Notes: a model not told the origin generated them from the sequence alone. A DNA stretch of 64,000 nucleotides from Marinagarivorans cellulosilyticus (GCF_021655555.1 NZ_AP023086.1:3046453-3110452); one strand, 5' to 3'; positions 33,129 to 42,829 are shown, numbered from the stretch's first letter. Made by a program: numbers and translations.

Positions 33129-36100
33129 ATGTCTACGCTTGAGTCTGTTGACGAAAAAAATGCTCTTGTTGATTCTGCTGTTGCAGAAGGAGGGGCTTAT
33201 GAAATTATCCGTCAGCGTCTGCTTGAGCAGGGCAAGGCTCTAAAGAAGTCGACAGATGCGATTAATGCCGAGCGTTTAGAAGAGTTTGGCAGTACAGATA
33301 TGGATGTTGTTGCCCGTGTTCGTGTGCGTACCGAAAATAATTCAGTGGCGAGGGATATTGTCCAGGTTGGTGAGTATTTATTATTCGGCTATAACGTTTT
33401 TATTGGTTTAAAAAAAGAAACTAAAGTTGAAGACGTATTATCTTTATTTTGTTTTAGTGAGGCCGATGGTGAATATAACCTAGAGCCTGTTGCACAAAGT
33501 GATAACTTTCTGTTTGAAAGTAGCTTCAAAAATGATTTTGAAGAGCTGTACCGTTATTACAAAAATACCAAGTTAACCCAGCTGACAGTTAAAAATGAAC
33601 GTCTGCTAGCAGCTTTTCAAATTGGCGAGCGGCTAGAGGACGTGCGAGTTTTTCGCTGGGCTATATCGGCCGATGGTAAGACACTCACCTATATAGATAA
33701 TCGTGGCGAACGCGATATTCAACTGCCAAATGCCTATGACTTTGAATGGATTGAAACACGCCGTGAAGATGTTGTACATGGCCGCCATGCGCACATCAAT
33801 ATTGCCGATACGGTGTTTGTCGATACCATTGGCGGCGATCTCACGATTAAAATAGAAAATAATACCGAAGATGGATTGGGGATATACCGGGAAAGTGTTG
33901 AAGATAAGACCCAATCTTTAGATGATGCCTCTGTTCACTACGCCAAAGTGGGTGCTTTAATTTTAATTAAAATATTGCCTTATCGTGAGCAGCAATGGCG
34001 TTATTTTATTTATAACACACTAACAGAAAGTGCATTGCGCATCGATGCGATTGGTGAAAGTTGTTTGCAGTTGCCAGAAGATCACGGTGTTATTTTCCCT
34101 GGTGGTTTCTATTTACAAACTGGGGAACATAAGTCATTTGATGATCCTGTTGAGGGTTTGCGCTTCAAACGTATGATTCGTTCACCTAATGGTGAAGATG
34201 CGCTATATGTTTTTTATGAGCCCGTTGAGGGTGTTGTGGCGCTGCTAAGTTATAACCTTATCGATAAAAGCTTGAAAAACCCTATATTGGGGCATGGCTA
34301 TGCGCTATTCGAGGATGGCCGAATTGTTATATTTACGGCCGAAGAAGAGCCTGCGCGGGTACACCCCATGCAAATTTGGCAAAGTCCATTTGCCTCGCCA
34401 GAGTACGCAAGTAAGCAGCCGGTGAGCCAGAGCTTTTATGGTCGTATCGGTAATGCCGAATTGGTTCGTGGTGTGTCCGATCTTTATAGTATTCACCGCA
34501 TTATTCAGAATCAATCTGTGTCCCTTAAGCTATACGAAGAGCTTAGCCGTACGGCACATAAGATGTTCGATAACCACTATTGGTTAGCTGAAGAAAAGTT
34601 ATCTGAAATAGGGGACACGCTAAAGCAGATTGAGAAAACATCTGAATTGGTTATTGATGAATTCGAGAAGGTTGAAAGTATTCGTCAGCAGTCCTCTAAA
34701 GCTATGCAGGATGCACAAGCCCAGCAAGAAAGTTTATTGTCGGTGGCTAAGTATAACGAATGGGATACCGTAGAGGGCTACATTGAAACCATTGGTAAGC
34801 TGCGTAAACATCGTGGTTTATTGGTAACATTAAAAGATTATCGCTATATCGATCTCGTTAAGCTGGAAGAACTTGACCGTGAAATCGTTGAAGTTAGCGA
34901 GGAATTAAGCGATAAGACAGTCTCGTTTTTATCTGGTGCTGATGCACTAAAACCTTATGCGCAAAAAATATCTCAACTCGATGAGCAAGCTGAAAAAGTA
35001 GCTACTAGCCTAGAGCTAGAGCCACTTTTAGAGCGGGTTTCTGCATTGGCCGAGAACTTAGATTTGTTATCTGAGTTGATGGCGACATTAAATATTGCCG
35101 ATGCTAATGTTCGAACACAAATTATTGATGCGATATCCACGGTTTACTCAAGTTTAAATCAAACTAAAGCGCGAATAAAAAACAAGCAAAAGAATGTTGG
35201 CTCTAAAGAAACGCGGGCTCAATTCTCGGCTCAGTTTAAATTGTTTTCGCAGACAATTAACAACGCTTTGGGCCAGTCTACAACGCCAGAAAAATGCGAA
35301 GAGCAACATGCTCGGCTGTTGGTTCAGTTAGAGGAATTTGAAAGCCAGTTTAGCGAGGTGGACGAATTTTTAGCCGATATTATGGCTAAGCGAGAAGAGG
35401 TGCAAGAAGCTTTTGAGGCGCAAAAGCAAAAGTTATTGGATGAACAGCAACGCAAAGCGGGCTCAGTGGTTGATGCAGCCTCTCGTATATTGAGCAGTAT
35501 TGAAAAGCGATCGCTCAAATTCACGGAGGCTAATGATCTTAATACGTACTTTGCATCTGACGTGCTGGTTTCTAAAGTGCGAGACATGGTAGAGCGTTTG
35601 CGCGAGCTGAATGCTGCGGTTCAAGCAGACGATATTGATGCAAAGTTTAAAGCGATTAAAGAACAAGCGGTGCGTTCACTTCGGGATAAAACGGATATTT
35701 TTGAAGATGGCGGAAAAGTTATTAAATTGGGCCCTCGCCATAAATTCAGTGTTAATCAGCAGGATTTAGATTTAACCCTTTTACCCCGCAACGATGTGCT
35801 CAATATACATTTAAGCGGTACCGATTTTTATGAGCAAATCGAGCACGATGGCCTTACAGCGCTTAAGCCTTATTGGTCTGTATCGTTGGAGTCAGAAAGC
35901 GAAGCGGTTTATCGCTCGGAATATTTAGCTTATTTAATTATCCAAGCGGCGAGAAATAATGAAGGATCCCTGTCGAATAAAGTGCTGTATGGCGCTATAA
36001 CAGATGTCGACGCGTTGACTCAACTGGTGCGGGAATTTGCTGGCCCACGCTACAAAGAAGCCTACGAAAAAGGTGTTCACGACCATGATGCTGTACGTAT

Positions 36101-38624
36101 ATTGCAAAAAATTGTGCCCTCTATGCAAAAGGCGGATACGCTAACGTACGAGCCCAATGTAAGAGCGCTGGCTCAATTGTTTTGGTGTTACTCGCAGCCT
36201 ATGGTGAATGGTGCTGAGGTAGCAAAGAAAGAAAAGTTTCAATGGAAGGTTTGGGCCTCGCGTGCGCAATCGGCTGCAAAGTTGAGTGCGTTATTCGGCA
36301 GCCTTGAAGCGACGACGCTTTTAGAGCGTGAAGTGACTGCCGCAATCAAAGAATTTGTTGGGGATTATTCGCTGTCCTTTGCTGATGGCGATTGTAAAGT
36401 GGCGGCGCAATACTGTGTTGCAGAGCTTGCTAAAGACGATCTTGCATTTGCGACAACATCCTATGCACAAAAACTTATTGAGCATTTGCGTTCTGCAGTT
36501 GATATCGGTGTTTGGGATAATTACCAAAGTAATTTAAAGCATTTAGCGGCCGAGCCCGCTGCGGCCTATGCGCTAAGCCAAGCTTGGCTAAAGGCCTTAA
36601 CCGAAAGTAAAGCCTTGCCCGATATTGCAGCCTATATCGATGAAGCCGCTGTTATTCTCGCTACCGATAAAATGAATGCTGGTGTGGATGTGCCGCGCAG
36701 GAATGTTGTGGTAGATCTCGATGTTAAAATTGACGGCTTATTGGGTGATCATCAAAAGTTAGATCAACAAACACTAAAGCTATCCCTTAATCGCTTTCTT
36801 AAAACTTTGCGTCATCATGTAGAAGTTTATGTTCCAAGTTATCATCGCTATTTAGTATTGCGCGCAGAAGTTATGCAGCAAGAAAGGGATAAGCTTCGCT
36901 TGGAGGAGTTCAAGCCTCGCCCATTAAGCTCATTTGTTCGCAACCTCTTAATCAATGAATCGTATTTGCCGATTATTGGCGATAACCTAGCCAAACAAAT
37001 GGGTACCGTGGGGGATAGTAAGCGTACTGACCTGATGGGCTTATTGATGATGATATCGCCACCGGGTTACGGTAAAACAACTTTAATGGAATATGTTGCA
37101 AGCCGTTTGGGGCTGATCTTTATGAAGATCAACTGCCCGTCGCTTGGGCACGATGTGATGTCGTTAGACCCAGAGCATGCGCCCAATGCCACAGCGAGAC
37201 AAGAGTTAATTAAGCTGAATCTAGGCCTGGAAATGGGCAATAACGTTATGTTATACCTCGATGATATTCAGCATACCCATCCCGAATTTTTGCAGAAGTT
37301 TATTTCTTTATGCGATGGAACTCGTCGCGTCGATGGTGTGTGGAAGGGTAAAACAAAGACATACGATATGCGTGGTCGAAAGTTTTGTGTGGTTATGGCG
37401 GGTAACCCGTACACAGAGTCGGGTGAAGTCTTTAAAGTGCCAGATATGCTGGCAAACCGCGCCGATATTTATAACTTGGGTGATATCTTAGGTGGTATGG
37501 ATCAGCAGTTTGCCATGAGTTACATCGAAAATAGTTTGACATCCAATTCGGTGTTGGCCCCTCTGGCTTTGCGTTCTTTGGATGATGTTTACAAACTGAT
37601 CGCCAAAGCGGAAGGCGAAAATATAGCGGCAACAGATTTAAGCCATGCGTACAGTGGTGCTGAAATTGCTGAAATTTGTGATGTGTTAAAAAAGATGTTT
37701 GTCGTACGCGATGTGATTCTTAAAATAAATCAACAGTACATTGCCTCAGCTGCGCAAAATGATAAATACCGAGTCGAGCCACCCTTTAAGTTGCAAGGTA
37801 GTTATCGGAACATGAATAAAATGGCTGAGAAAATCTCTGCTGTGATGACTCGCGATGAGTTAATGGCGATGATCGATGATCATTACCAGGGGGAATCGCA
37901 GCTTTTAACCAGTGGCTCAGAAGATAACCTGCTTAAGTTAGCCGAGCTTCGCGGCAACATGACACCCGAGCAACAGCAGCGGTGGACAGCAATTAAAGCC
38001 GACTTCCTTAAAAACAAAGATGCCGATAGCGATGCAGACGGCGCTCAGCGCATTGCGCTAAAAATTGCTGAGGTAACAGAAGCCCTGCAAGGTGTTGGTG
38101 CTGTATTTTCGCAGGAGTCTGCCGTGGTGGCGCCTTTGGCAGCTATCGGTCAGCAGTTGCACAGTTTACAAGGGCAATTATCATCGGACCCTTTGCGTAT
38201 AGAATTGCAAGAGCCGCCCCAGCAAGCGCTCAATGCCATTGCGTCGGCTATTGAGCAATCTGGCGCGGCTATTAGCCAGTCTTCACAAAAGGCGGTGGGA
38301 GAGGCACCTGCATGGCTTGAACCTCTTGAGCTTATAGCGAATAAATTTGGTGCCTTAGAATCCGTTGTTGGCGATCAAGGCATTAAGATTGATACTGGCC
38401 ACTTAGCGAATGGCCAAGGTGATCAATTGGGCCGCGTTGCTGATGTGTTGGAAAGCGCGGCTGACAAGTTAACCTCAGCCGTTGAAAAGTCCATTGATTT
38501 TGATATCACGATCGTTAAACGTATAACAAAGTTATCGGCAGAGTTGCGGGCTTTTTCTACAGAACGATTAGGTAAAAAGAAAGACAGCGATGAATTTGAA
38601 GAGCTTGGGGGTGATGAAGCTTAG
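33129..38624 (+). CDS. Giant (1831 aa) coiled-coil protein carrying a single MoxR/AAA_5-like AAA+ ATPase module; function unknown. It is the fourth gene of the PspA-NfeD-flotillin operon.
   Basis: Walker A MMISPPGYGKTTLMEY (about nt 37050-37090), Walker B NVMLYLDDIQH, and a sensor-1/Arg region FCVVMAGNPYTESGEVFKVPDMLANRADIY (NP...R spacing typical of MoxR/dynein/midasin AAA_5). An N-terminal domain of about 450 aa, probably beta-rich, is followed by about 800 aa of E/K/Q/L-rich coiled coil and an acidic C-terminus. Confidence 0.8.
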   Translation: MSTLESVDEKNALVDSAVAEGGAYEIIRQRLLEQGKALKKSTDAINAERLEEFGSTDMDVVARVRVRTENNSVARDIVQVGEYLLFGYNVFIGLKKETKVEDVLSLFCFSEADGEYNLEPVAQSDNFLFESSFKNDFEELYRYYKNTKLTQLTVKNERLLAAFQIGERLEDVRVFRWAISADGKTLTYIDNRGERDIQLPNAYDFEWIETRREDVVHGRHAHINIADTVFVDTIGGDLTIKIENNTEDGLGIYRESVEDKTQSLDDASVHYAKVGALILIKILPYREQQWRYFIYNTLTESALRIDAIGESCLQLPEDHGVIFPGGFYLQTGEHKSFDDPVEGLRFKRMIRSPNGEDALYVFYEPVEGVVALLSYNLIDKSLKNPILGHGYALFEDGRIVIFTAEEEPARVHPMQIWQSPFASPEYASKQPVSQSFYGRIGNAELVRGVSDLYSIHRIIQNQSVSLKLYEELSRTAHKMFDNHYWLAEEKLSEIGDTLKQIEKTSELVIDEFEKVESIRQQSSKAMQDAQAQQESLLSVAKYNEWDTVEGYIETIGKLRKHRGLLVTLKDYRYIDLVKLEELDREIVEVSEELSDKTVSFLSGADALKPYAQKISQLDEQAEKVATSLELEPLLERVSALAENLDLLSELMATLNIADANVRTQIIDAISTVYSSLNQTKARIKNKQKNVGSKETRAQFSAQFKLFSQTINNALGQSTTPEKCEEQHARLLVQLEEFESQFSEVDEFLADIMAKREEVQEAFEAQKQKLLDEQQRKAGSVVDAASRILSSIEKRSLKFTEANDLNTYFASDVLVSKVRDMVERLRELNAAVQADDIDAKFKAIKEQAVRSLRDKTDIFEDGGKVIKLGPRHKFSVNQQDLDLTLLPRNDVLNIHLSGTDFYEQIEHDGLTALKPYWSVSLESESEAVYRSEYLAYLIIQAARNNEGSLSNKVLYGAITDVDALTQLVREFAGPRYKEAYEKGVHDHDAVRILQKIVPSMQKADTLTYEPNVRALAQLFWCYSQPMVNGAEVAKKEKFQWKVWASRAQSAAKLSALFGSLEATTLLEREVTAAIKEFVGDYSLSFADGDCKVAAQYCVAELAKDDLAFATTSYAQKLIEHLRSAVDIGVWDNYQSNLKHLAAEPAAAYALSQAWLKALTESKALPDIAAYIDEAAVILATDKMNAGVDVPRRNVVVDLDVKIDGLLGDHQKLDQQTLKLSLNRFLKTLRHHVEVYVPSYHRYLVLRAEVMQQERDKLRLEEFKPRPLSSFVRNLLINESYLPIIGDNLAKQMGTVGDSKRTDLMGLLMMISPPGYGKTTLMEYVASRLGLIFMKINCPSLGHDVMSLDPEHAPNATARQELIKLNLGLEMGNNVMLYLDDIQHTHPEFLQKFISLCDGTRRVDGVWKGKTKTYDMRGRKFCVVMAGNPYTESGEVFKVPDMLANRADIYNLGDILGGMDQQFAMSYIENSLTSNSVLAPLALRSLDDVYKLIAKAEGENIAATDLSHAYSGAEIAEICDVLKKMFVVRDVILKINQQYIASAAQNDKYRVEPPFKLQGSYRNMNKMAEKISAVMTRDELMAMIDDHYQGESQLLTSGSEDNLLKLAELRGNMTPEQQQRWTAIKADFLKNKDADSDADGAQRIALKIAEVTEALQGVGAVFSQESAVVAPLAAIGQQLHSLQGQLSSDPLRIELQEPPQQALNAIASAIEQSGAAISQSSQKAVGEAPAWLEPLELIANKFGALESVVGDQGIKIDTGHLANGQGDQLGRVADVLESAADKLTSAVEKSIDFDITIVKRITKLSAELRAFSTERLGKKKDSDEFEELGGDEA

Positions 38625-38631
38625 GTAACGT

Positions 38632-39177
38632 TTATTTACGTCGCCACTGCCTTGGCAGTTTGGCGGCGATTAAAACGCCGGCTAGCGCTCCGAACAAGTG
38701 CGCTTCAAAGGATATCTGTGGTTGCGAAGGTAATACGCCTAGAATCATACCGCCCCACAATAGGATAACTACAATGGCGATAAGGAAGGTCTTTAGGCTG
38801 CGATTATACCAAGCGTTAGCAATGCCTAACGCCCATAATCCAAAAATCCAGCCGCTTGCGCCAATGTGAATATTGTTGCGGCCAAACAGCCAAACTCCAA
38901 ATCCACCAAGCACAATAATTAAAAAACTCACACGCCAAAAGTAGCGTATACCGTGCGCCATGGTAATCAGCGCAAAAATGCTTAAGCCAACAATATTATT
39001 TAATAAATGGCTAACACTCCCGTGTAAAAAAGGGCTGAAGACAATACCGGCTAAGCCGTTTAGTTCGCGTGGCATAATGCCAAAGCGATTAAGTTGACCT
39101 TGAAATAACCCAGTGTTTATTGCAAAAACAGCGCACAACACGAAGACCAAAAAGATAATCGTTTTTATTTTTTTCAT
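38632..39177 (-). CDS. Rhomboid family intramembrane serine protease
   Basis: Six TM helices with the catalytic GxSG (HIGASGWIFGLWA) and a downstream His (AHLFGALAGVL). Confidence 0.8.
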   Translation of the reverse strand: MKKIKTIIFLVFVLCAVFAINTGLFQGQLNRFGIMPRELNGLAGIVFSPFLHGSVSHLLNNIVGLSIFALITMAHGIRYFWRVSFLIIVLGGFGVWLFGRNNIHIGASGWIFGLWALGIANAWYNRSLKTFLIAIVVILLWGGMILGVLPSQPQISFEAHLFGALAGVLIAAKLPRQWRRK

Positions 39178-39197
39178 TAAGGGTACGCAGTGGCGTG

Positions 39198-40514
39198 CTA
39201 TGCGCTATGTTTTAACGGTTTGGCAGCGGAGCGCGCAGGTGGGAAATAACAAATAAATTCGCTACCGCGGCCAGGCGTACTTTTAATAGTAAGCTCTGCG
39301 TTATGGCGAAGTAGTACGTGTTTTACGATGGCAAGCCCAAGCCCTGTGCCACCAGAGTTTACCGAGCGACCCGGGTCCACACGATAAAAACGCTCGGTTA
39401 AGCGGGGGATGTGTTTAGGGTCTATGCCATCGCCGTTATCGCTGACGCTCACGGTGGTGCCATCGGGGCCTTGTGCAATATCTATAAGAATAATGCCCTC
39501 GCTAGGTGTGTAGTTTATGGCATTAAACACAAGGTTGGATATTGCGCTGCGTAGCTCTTGCTCTCGGCCATAAATAAAGGCTTCTTTTGGCCCGTTAACG
39601 CTAATCAAGTGTTTACTTTCTGTGCTTATCTGTCTTGCGTCTTCAGCGACCATATCCGCAAGTGTGACTAGTGATACAACCTCTTGGCCGTGCTCTTTTT
39701 CATCGGTTTCAAGCCGGCTTAAGGTGATGAGGTCGTTAATAAGCGAGGTCATTCGCCCCGCTTGGCTTTGCATATGGGAAAGGGCTTTGTTCCACACCGG
39801 CGGAATGTTGTCGGCATCTTCTAGTGTTTCTAGGTAGCCGCGAAGCACGGTTAAAGGGGTGCGCAATTCGTGGGAAACGTTAGCAACAAAATCTTTACGC
39901 ATTTGCTCCAGTTTACTTAAGCGCGAAATATCGCGCACTACAATTAAGCGCTCGTTCTGGCCAAATTTATGTACCAGAAACTCCACTTCCATAGAATTTT
40001 TTTGCGTTAAAGTATGATCAAGAGGCTCGCTAAAGTCGCCAGTTTCGTAGTAGCGGGTAAATTTGGGGAACCGAATAAGGTTGGTTATTTTTTGCCCTAA
40101 ATCGATTGCTTGAAAGTTAAATAACTCGCCGGCAGCGCGATTCCACCATTCAATATTACCGCGCCCGTCAACAAGAATAACGCCATCATTGAGGGCGGTT
40201 GTCATTTCTTGTACGCGGTGTACCACTGCCTCTAAACGCAGTTTTTCTTTTTCGTGGCGGTTGTACATCAGCTGCACATCGTCAGCGATATCTGCCCATG
40301 CACCTTGGAGTTCTTCATTGGGCGGTTCGTTGCGCCGCGCTTGATTAACCCAAGCTTCTAGTTGATACAAGCGGGTAAACTGCCAGGCAATGTAGCCAAA
40401 GCTAAACGCTAGCAGGGCCATTACAGTGTGACCTGTCAAAAAACCCATAAGCGAAAAAACACAAAGCCAAATACAAAACCACCGAAATTCGGCTTTTAAC
40501 CCTCTACGTAACAT
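39198..40514 (-). CDS. phoR: Phosphate regulon sensor histidine kinase PhoR
   Basis: Two N-terminal TMs, a PAS-like region, an H-box VANVSHELRTPLTVL, an N box and a G box (GTGLGLAIVKH). It lies directly downstream of phoB. Confidence 0.9.
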   Translation of the reverse strand: MLRRGLKAEFRWFCIWLCVFSLMGFLTGHTVMALLAFSFGYIAWQFTRLYQLEAWVNQARRNEPPNEELQGAWADIADDVQLMYNRHEKEKLRLEAVVHRVQEMTTALNDGVILVDGRGNIEWWNRAAGELFNFQAIDLGQKITNLIRFPKFTRYYETGDFSEPLDHTLTQKNSMEVEFLVHKFGQNERLIVVRDISRLSKLEQMRKDFVANVSHELRTPLTVLRGYLETLEDADNIPPVWNKALSHMQSQAGRMTSLINDLITLSRLETDEKEHGQEVVSLVTLADMVAEDARQISTESKHLISVNGPKEAFIYGREQELRSAISNLVFNAINYTPSEGIILIDIAQGPDGTTVSVSDNGDGIDPKHIPRLTERFYRVDPGRSVNSGGTGLGLAIVKHVLLRHNAELTIKSTPGRGSEFICYFPPARSAAKPLKHSA

Positions 40515-40538
40515 AGGTACCTATCATTTTTTTGTTGC

Positions 40539-41237
40539 TTAGGCTGATATCTTGGGCGAAAAGCGGTAGCCAGCGCCGCGCACAGTTTGAATAAAACGGT
40601 CGTGCCCTTCAAGTGTTAAAGCCTTGCGAAGGCGTCGAATGTGGACATCAACTGTGCGCTCTTCAACATACACATTCCCCCCCCATACATGGTCTAGCAG
40701 TTGGTTGCGGGTGTAAACGCGCTCTTGGTGAGTTAAAAAGAATTCCAGTAAGCGGTATTCGGTTGGCCCCATTTGCACGGGGGTCTCGCCAATGGTGACG
40801 CGGTGGCTAGAAGGGTCTAGGCGCAACGCGTCTACCACTATGGGGTCGCCAGTCGATAATGAGTCGGTGCGGCGCAAAACGGCCTTCAGGCGTGCCACAA
40901 GCTCTCTCGGAGAGAAGGGCTTGGTGATGTAATCATCGGCGCCGGCTTCCAAGCCCTGAATTTTGTTGTCTTCTTCGCCTTTGGCGGTAAGCATGATAAT
41001 GGGTGTTTCAGAGGTCAGCTGGTCGCGTTTTAGGCGGCGAGCTAGCTCCATGCCGCTAGTGCCGGGCATCATCCAATCTAGAATAATAAGGTCGGGTTTT
41101 TGATCCACAATGATCGCGTGTGCACTTTGCGCGTCGCCCGCCTCTAGGCAACTGTACTCTGCCATTTCTAAAGCCACTCGCAACATGTCGCGGATTGGAG
41201 CTTCGTCGTCAACGATCAAAATCGTTTTTGATACCAT
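40539..41237 (-). CDS. phoB: Phosphate regulon response regulator PhoB (OmpR family)
   Basis: Receiver LIVDDEAPIRDM...LDWMMPGTSG plus a winged-helix C-terminus VDVHIRRLRKAL...VRGAGYRF. Confidence 0.95.
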   Translation of the reverse strand: MVSKTILIVDDEAPIRDMLRVALEMAEYSCLEAGDAQSAHAIIVDQKPDLIILDWMMPGTSGMELARRLKRDQLTSETPIIMLTAKGEEDNKIQGLEAGADDYITKPFSPRELVARLKAVLRRTDSLSTGDPIVVDALRLDPSSHRVTIGETPVQMGPTEYRLLEFFLTHQERVYTRNQLLDHVWGGNVYVEERTVDVHIRRLRKALTLEGHDRFIQTVRGAGYRFSPKISA

Positions 41238-41289
41238 TTTTAACCACCTGTAACTGCTGTTAGGTTTTCAATTAAGGTGAAGATTAAAT

Positions 41290-41307
41290 AAATCTTTTGT
41301 TGCTGTT
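41290..41307 (-). promoter_or_regulatory. Pho-box-like element upstream of phoB (CTGTCATAAAACAGCAAC on the coding strand)
   Basis: The first half-site CTGTCAT is perfect and is followed by A4 and a degenerate second half-site. It is positioned about 55-70 nt upstream of the phoB ATG. Confidence 0.4.
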
Positions 41308-41384
41308 TTATGACAGCGCCCAGATTACTGTTGCCACTGAGCACCGTAAACGACCATTTTGCGTGCATATTGGCCACGAGCACT

Positions 41385-42287
41385 TTAGTTGGGAGCGACG
41401 CTATAACTCAAAACAATGCCGATAAAAATCAGCATTCCAACCCAGTTGTTGTTGAGAAAAGCTTCGAAACAGCGGGCAGGTTTACGCCCGCGAATTAAAA
41501 ATTGCTGATAACCAAATAGCCCCGCAGTGCCCATCAAGCTTAGGTAGTAGGGCCAGTGCAAGCTAAAGCTGCTGCCCACAGTGAGCAGAATAATCAAGGT
41601 AAAAGCTTGAAGTGCAGCGGTGATGAGGCGGTCGTTTTCAGCAAAGAGAATGGCGGTGGACTTAACCCCAATTTTGAGATCATCCTCTCGATCGACCATG
41701 GCGTAAAAAGTATCGTAAATAATTGTCCAAAGTAGCACAGCGATGTAGAGCGTCCACATAGGTTTGGGCAAGTTTTCTGTCACGGCAGCGAAAGCCATGG
41801 GGATGGCCCAAGCAAAAGCAGCGCCCAAAACCACTTGTGGTAAATAGGTGTGGCGCTTCATGTAGGGGTAAATAGTCGTCAGTGCAACCGCGCCGAGCCC
41901 GGTGATTACCGTTGTGGTATTTGTCATCAGCACTAGACATAGTGCAATAAACAGCAAGCCTACAAAAAGGTAAAGTGCGAAGCGAGGGTCTAGCTCCCCT
42001 GTGGCGAGCGGGCGGTTCTTGGTGCGCTGCACGTGACCGTCTATCGCTTTATCGGCATAGTCGTTAATCACACAGCCGGCCGAGCGCATAACGACTGCGC
42101 CCAAAACGAAAATAAACAGCTCTGGCCAACGGGGTACGCCTTCAGAGGCAATCCACAGTGCCCACAGTGTTGGCCACAGGACTAAATAGATACCAATAGG
42201 GCGGTCTAAGCGCATCAATTGAATGCTGGCCTTAAGGGCAGGGTGCGCCAGTAAGGGCGGAACTTTGACGCGCGCAGCTGCCATGGC
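41385..42287 (-). CDS. ubiA: 4-hydroxybenzoate octaprenyltransferase UbiA
   Basis: Colinear with E. coli UbiA (LMRLDRPIG, LWPTLWALW, GCVINDYADKAIDGHVQRTKNRPLATG, YPYMKRHTYLPQVVLGAAFAWAIPMAFAAV, YDTFYAMVDREDDLKIG). The ORF track starts at 42395; the likely start is an internal Met at about 42287-42305. Confidence 0.9.
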   Translation of the reverse strand, partial: AMAAARVKVPPLLAHPALKASIQLMRLDRPIGIYLVLWPTLWALWIASEGVPRWPELFIFVLGAVVMRSAGCVINDYADKAIDGHVQRTKNRPLATGELDPRFALYLFVGLLFIALCLVLMTNTTTVITGLGAVALTTIYPYMKRHTYLPQVVLGAAFAWAIPMAFAAVTENLPKPMWTLYIAVLLWTIIYDTFYAMVDREDDLKIGVKSTAILFAENDRLITAALQAFTLIILLTVGSSFSLHWPYYLSLMGTAGLFGYQQFLIRGRKPARCFEAFLNNNWVGMLIFIGIVLSYSVAPN

Positions 42288-42538
42288 GATATGTGTTTTT
42301 ATCATGTGTAAGCGCGTCTTTATCATTGTGAATGGTATAGCGAAAAGAGCGATTATAGCCCGCAACAGCTCGCGAATGCTAAAGCCATTGCACATCTTGG
42401 TGTATTGAGTGGTGCGAGGGTATTAATCTGGCGCGTTCACGCACGGTGCATATGCCTTTACCTTGCTAATAGTCGAGTTGGCAATTAGCCTGTTGTTGAT
42501 AATTCCCGCTTAATTTCCCGAAAAGAGGATATTTCCCC

Positions 42539-42829
42539 ATGCTAAAAACAGAGTTGGTGGCCTTAGTTGCTGAAAATGCAGGCCTAACATCACGCCAAGC
42601 CAGCGAATGCGTTGCGAGCTTTATTGAGCAAATAACCAACGCTTTGGCCAGAGGAGAAAAGGTTAGCTTGATAGGCTTTGGCAGTTTCGCCATTAAACAT
42701 GTTGCTGCGCGGGCTGGGCGCAATCCTCAAAGCGGTGAGGCGATCACTATCGCGGCGCATAACTCGCCCGGTTTTAAAGCCGGTAGTGCACTTAAGGTCG
42801 CTATTAATGGGGGGCAGGGCAATGTTTAA
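42539..42829 (+). CDS. HU/IHF family nucleoid-associated DNA-binding protein
   Basis: HU signature GFGSFAIKHVAARAGRNPQSGEAITIAAHNSPGFKAGSALK. 96 aa. Confidence 0.8.
   Translation: MLKTELVALVAENAGLTSRQASECVASFIEQITNALARGEKVSLIGFGSFAIKHVAARAGRNPQSGEAITIAAHNSPGFKAGSALKVAINGGQGNV

Noticed and set aside
42466-42723. 85-aa minus-strand ORF between ubiA and the transporter. I considered it as a possible ubiC.
   Set aside because: It is antisense to the well-supported HU-family gene, is far too short, and is unlike chorismate lyase.
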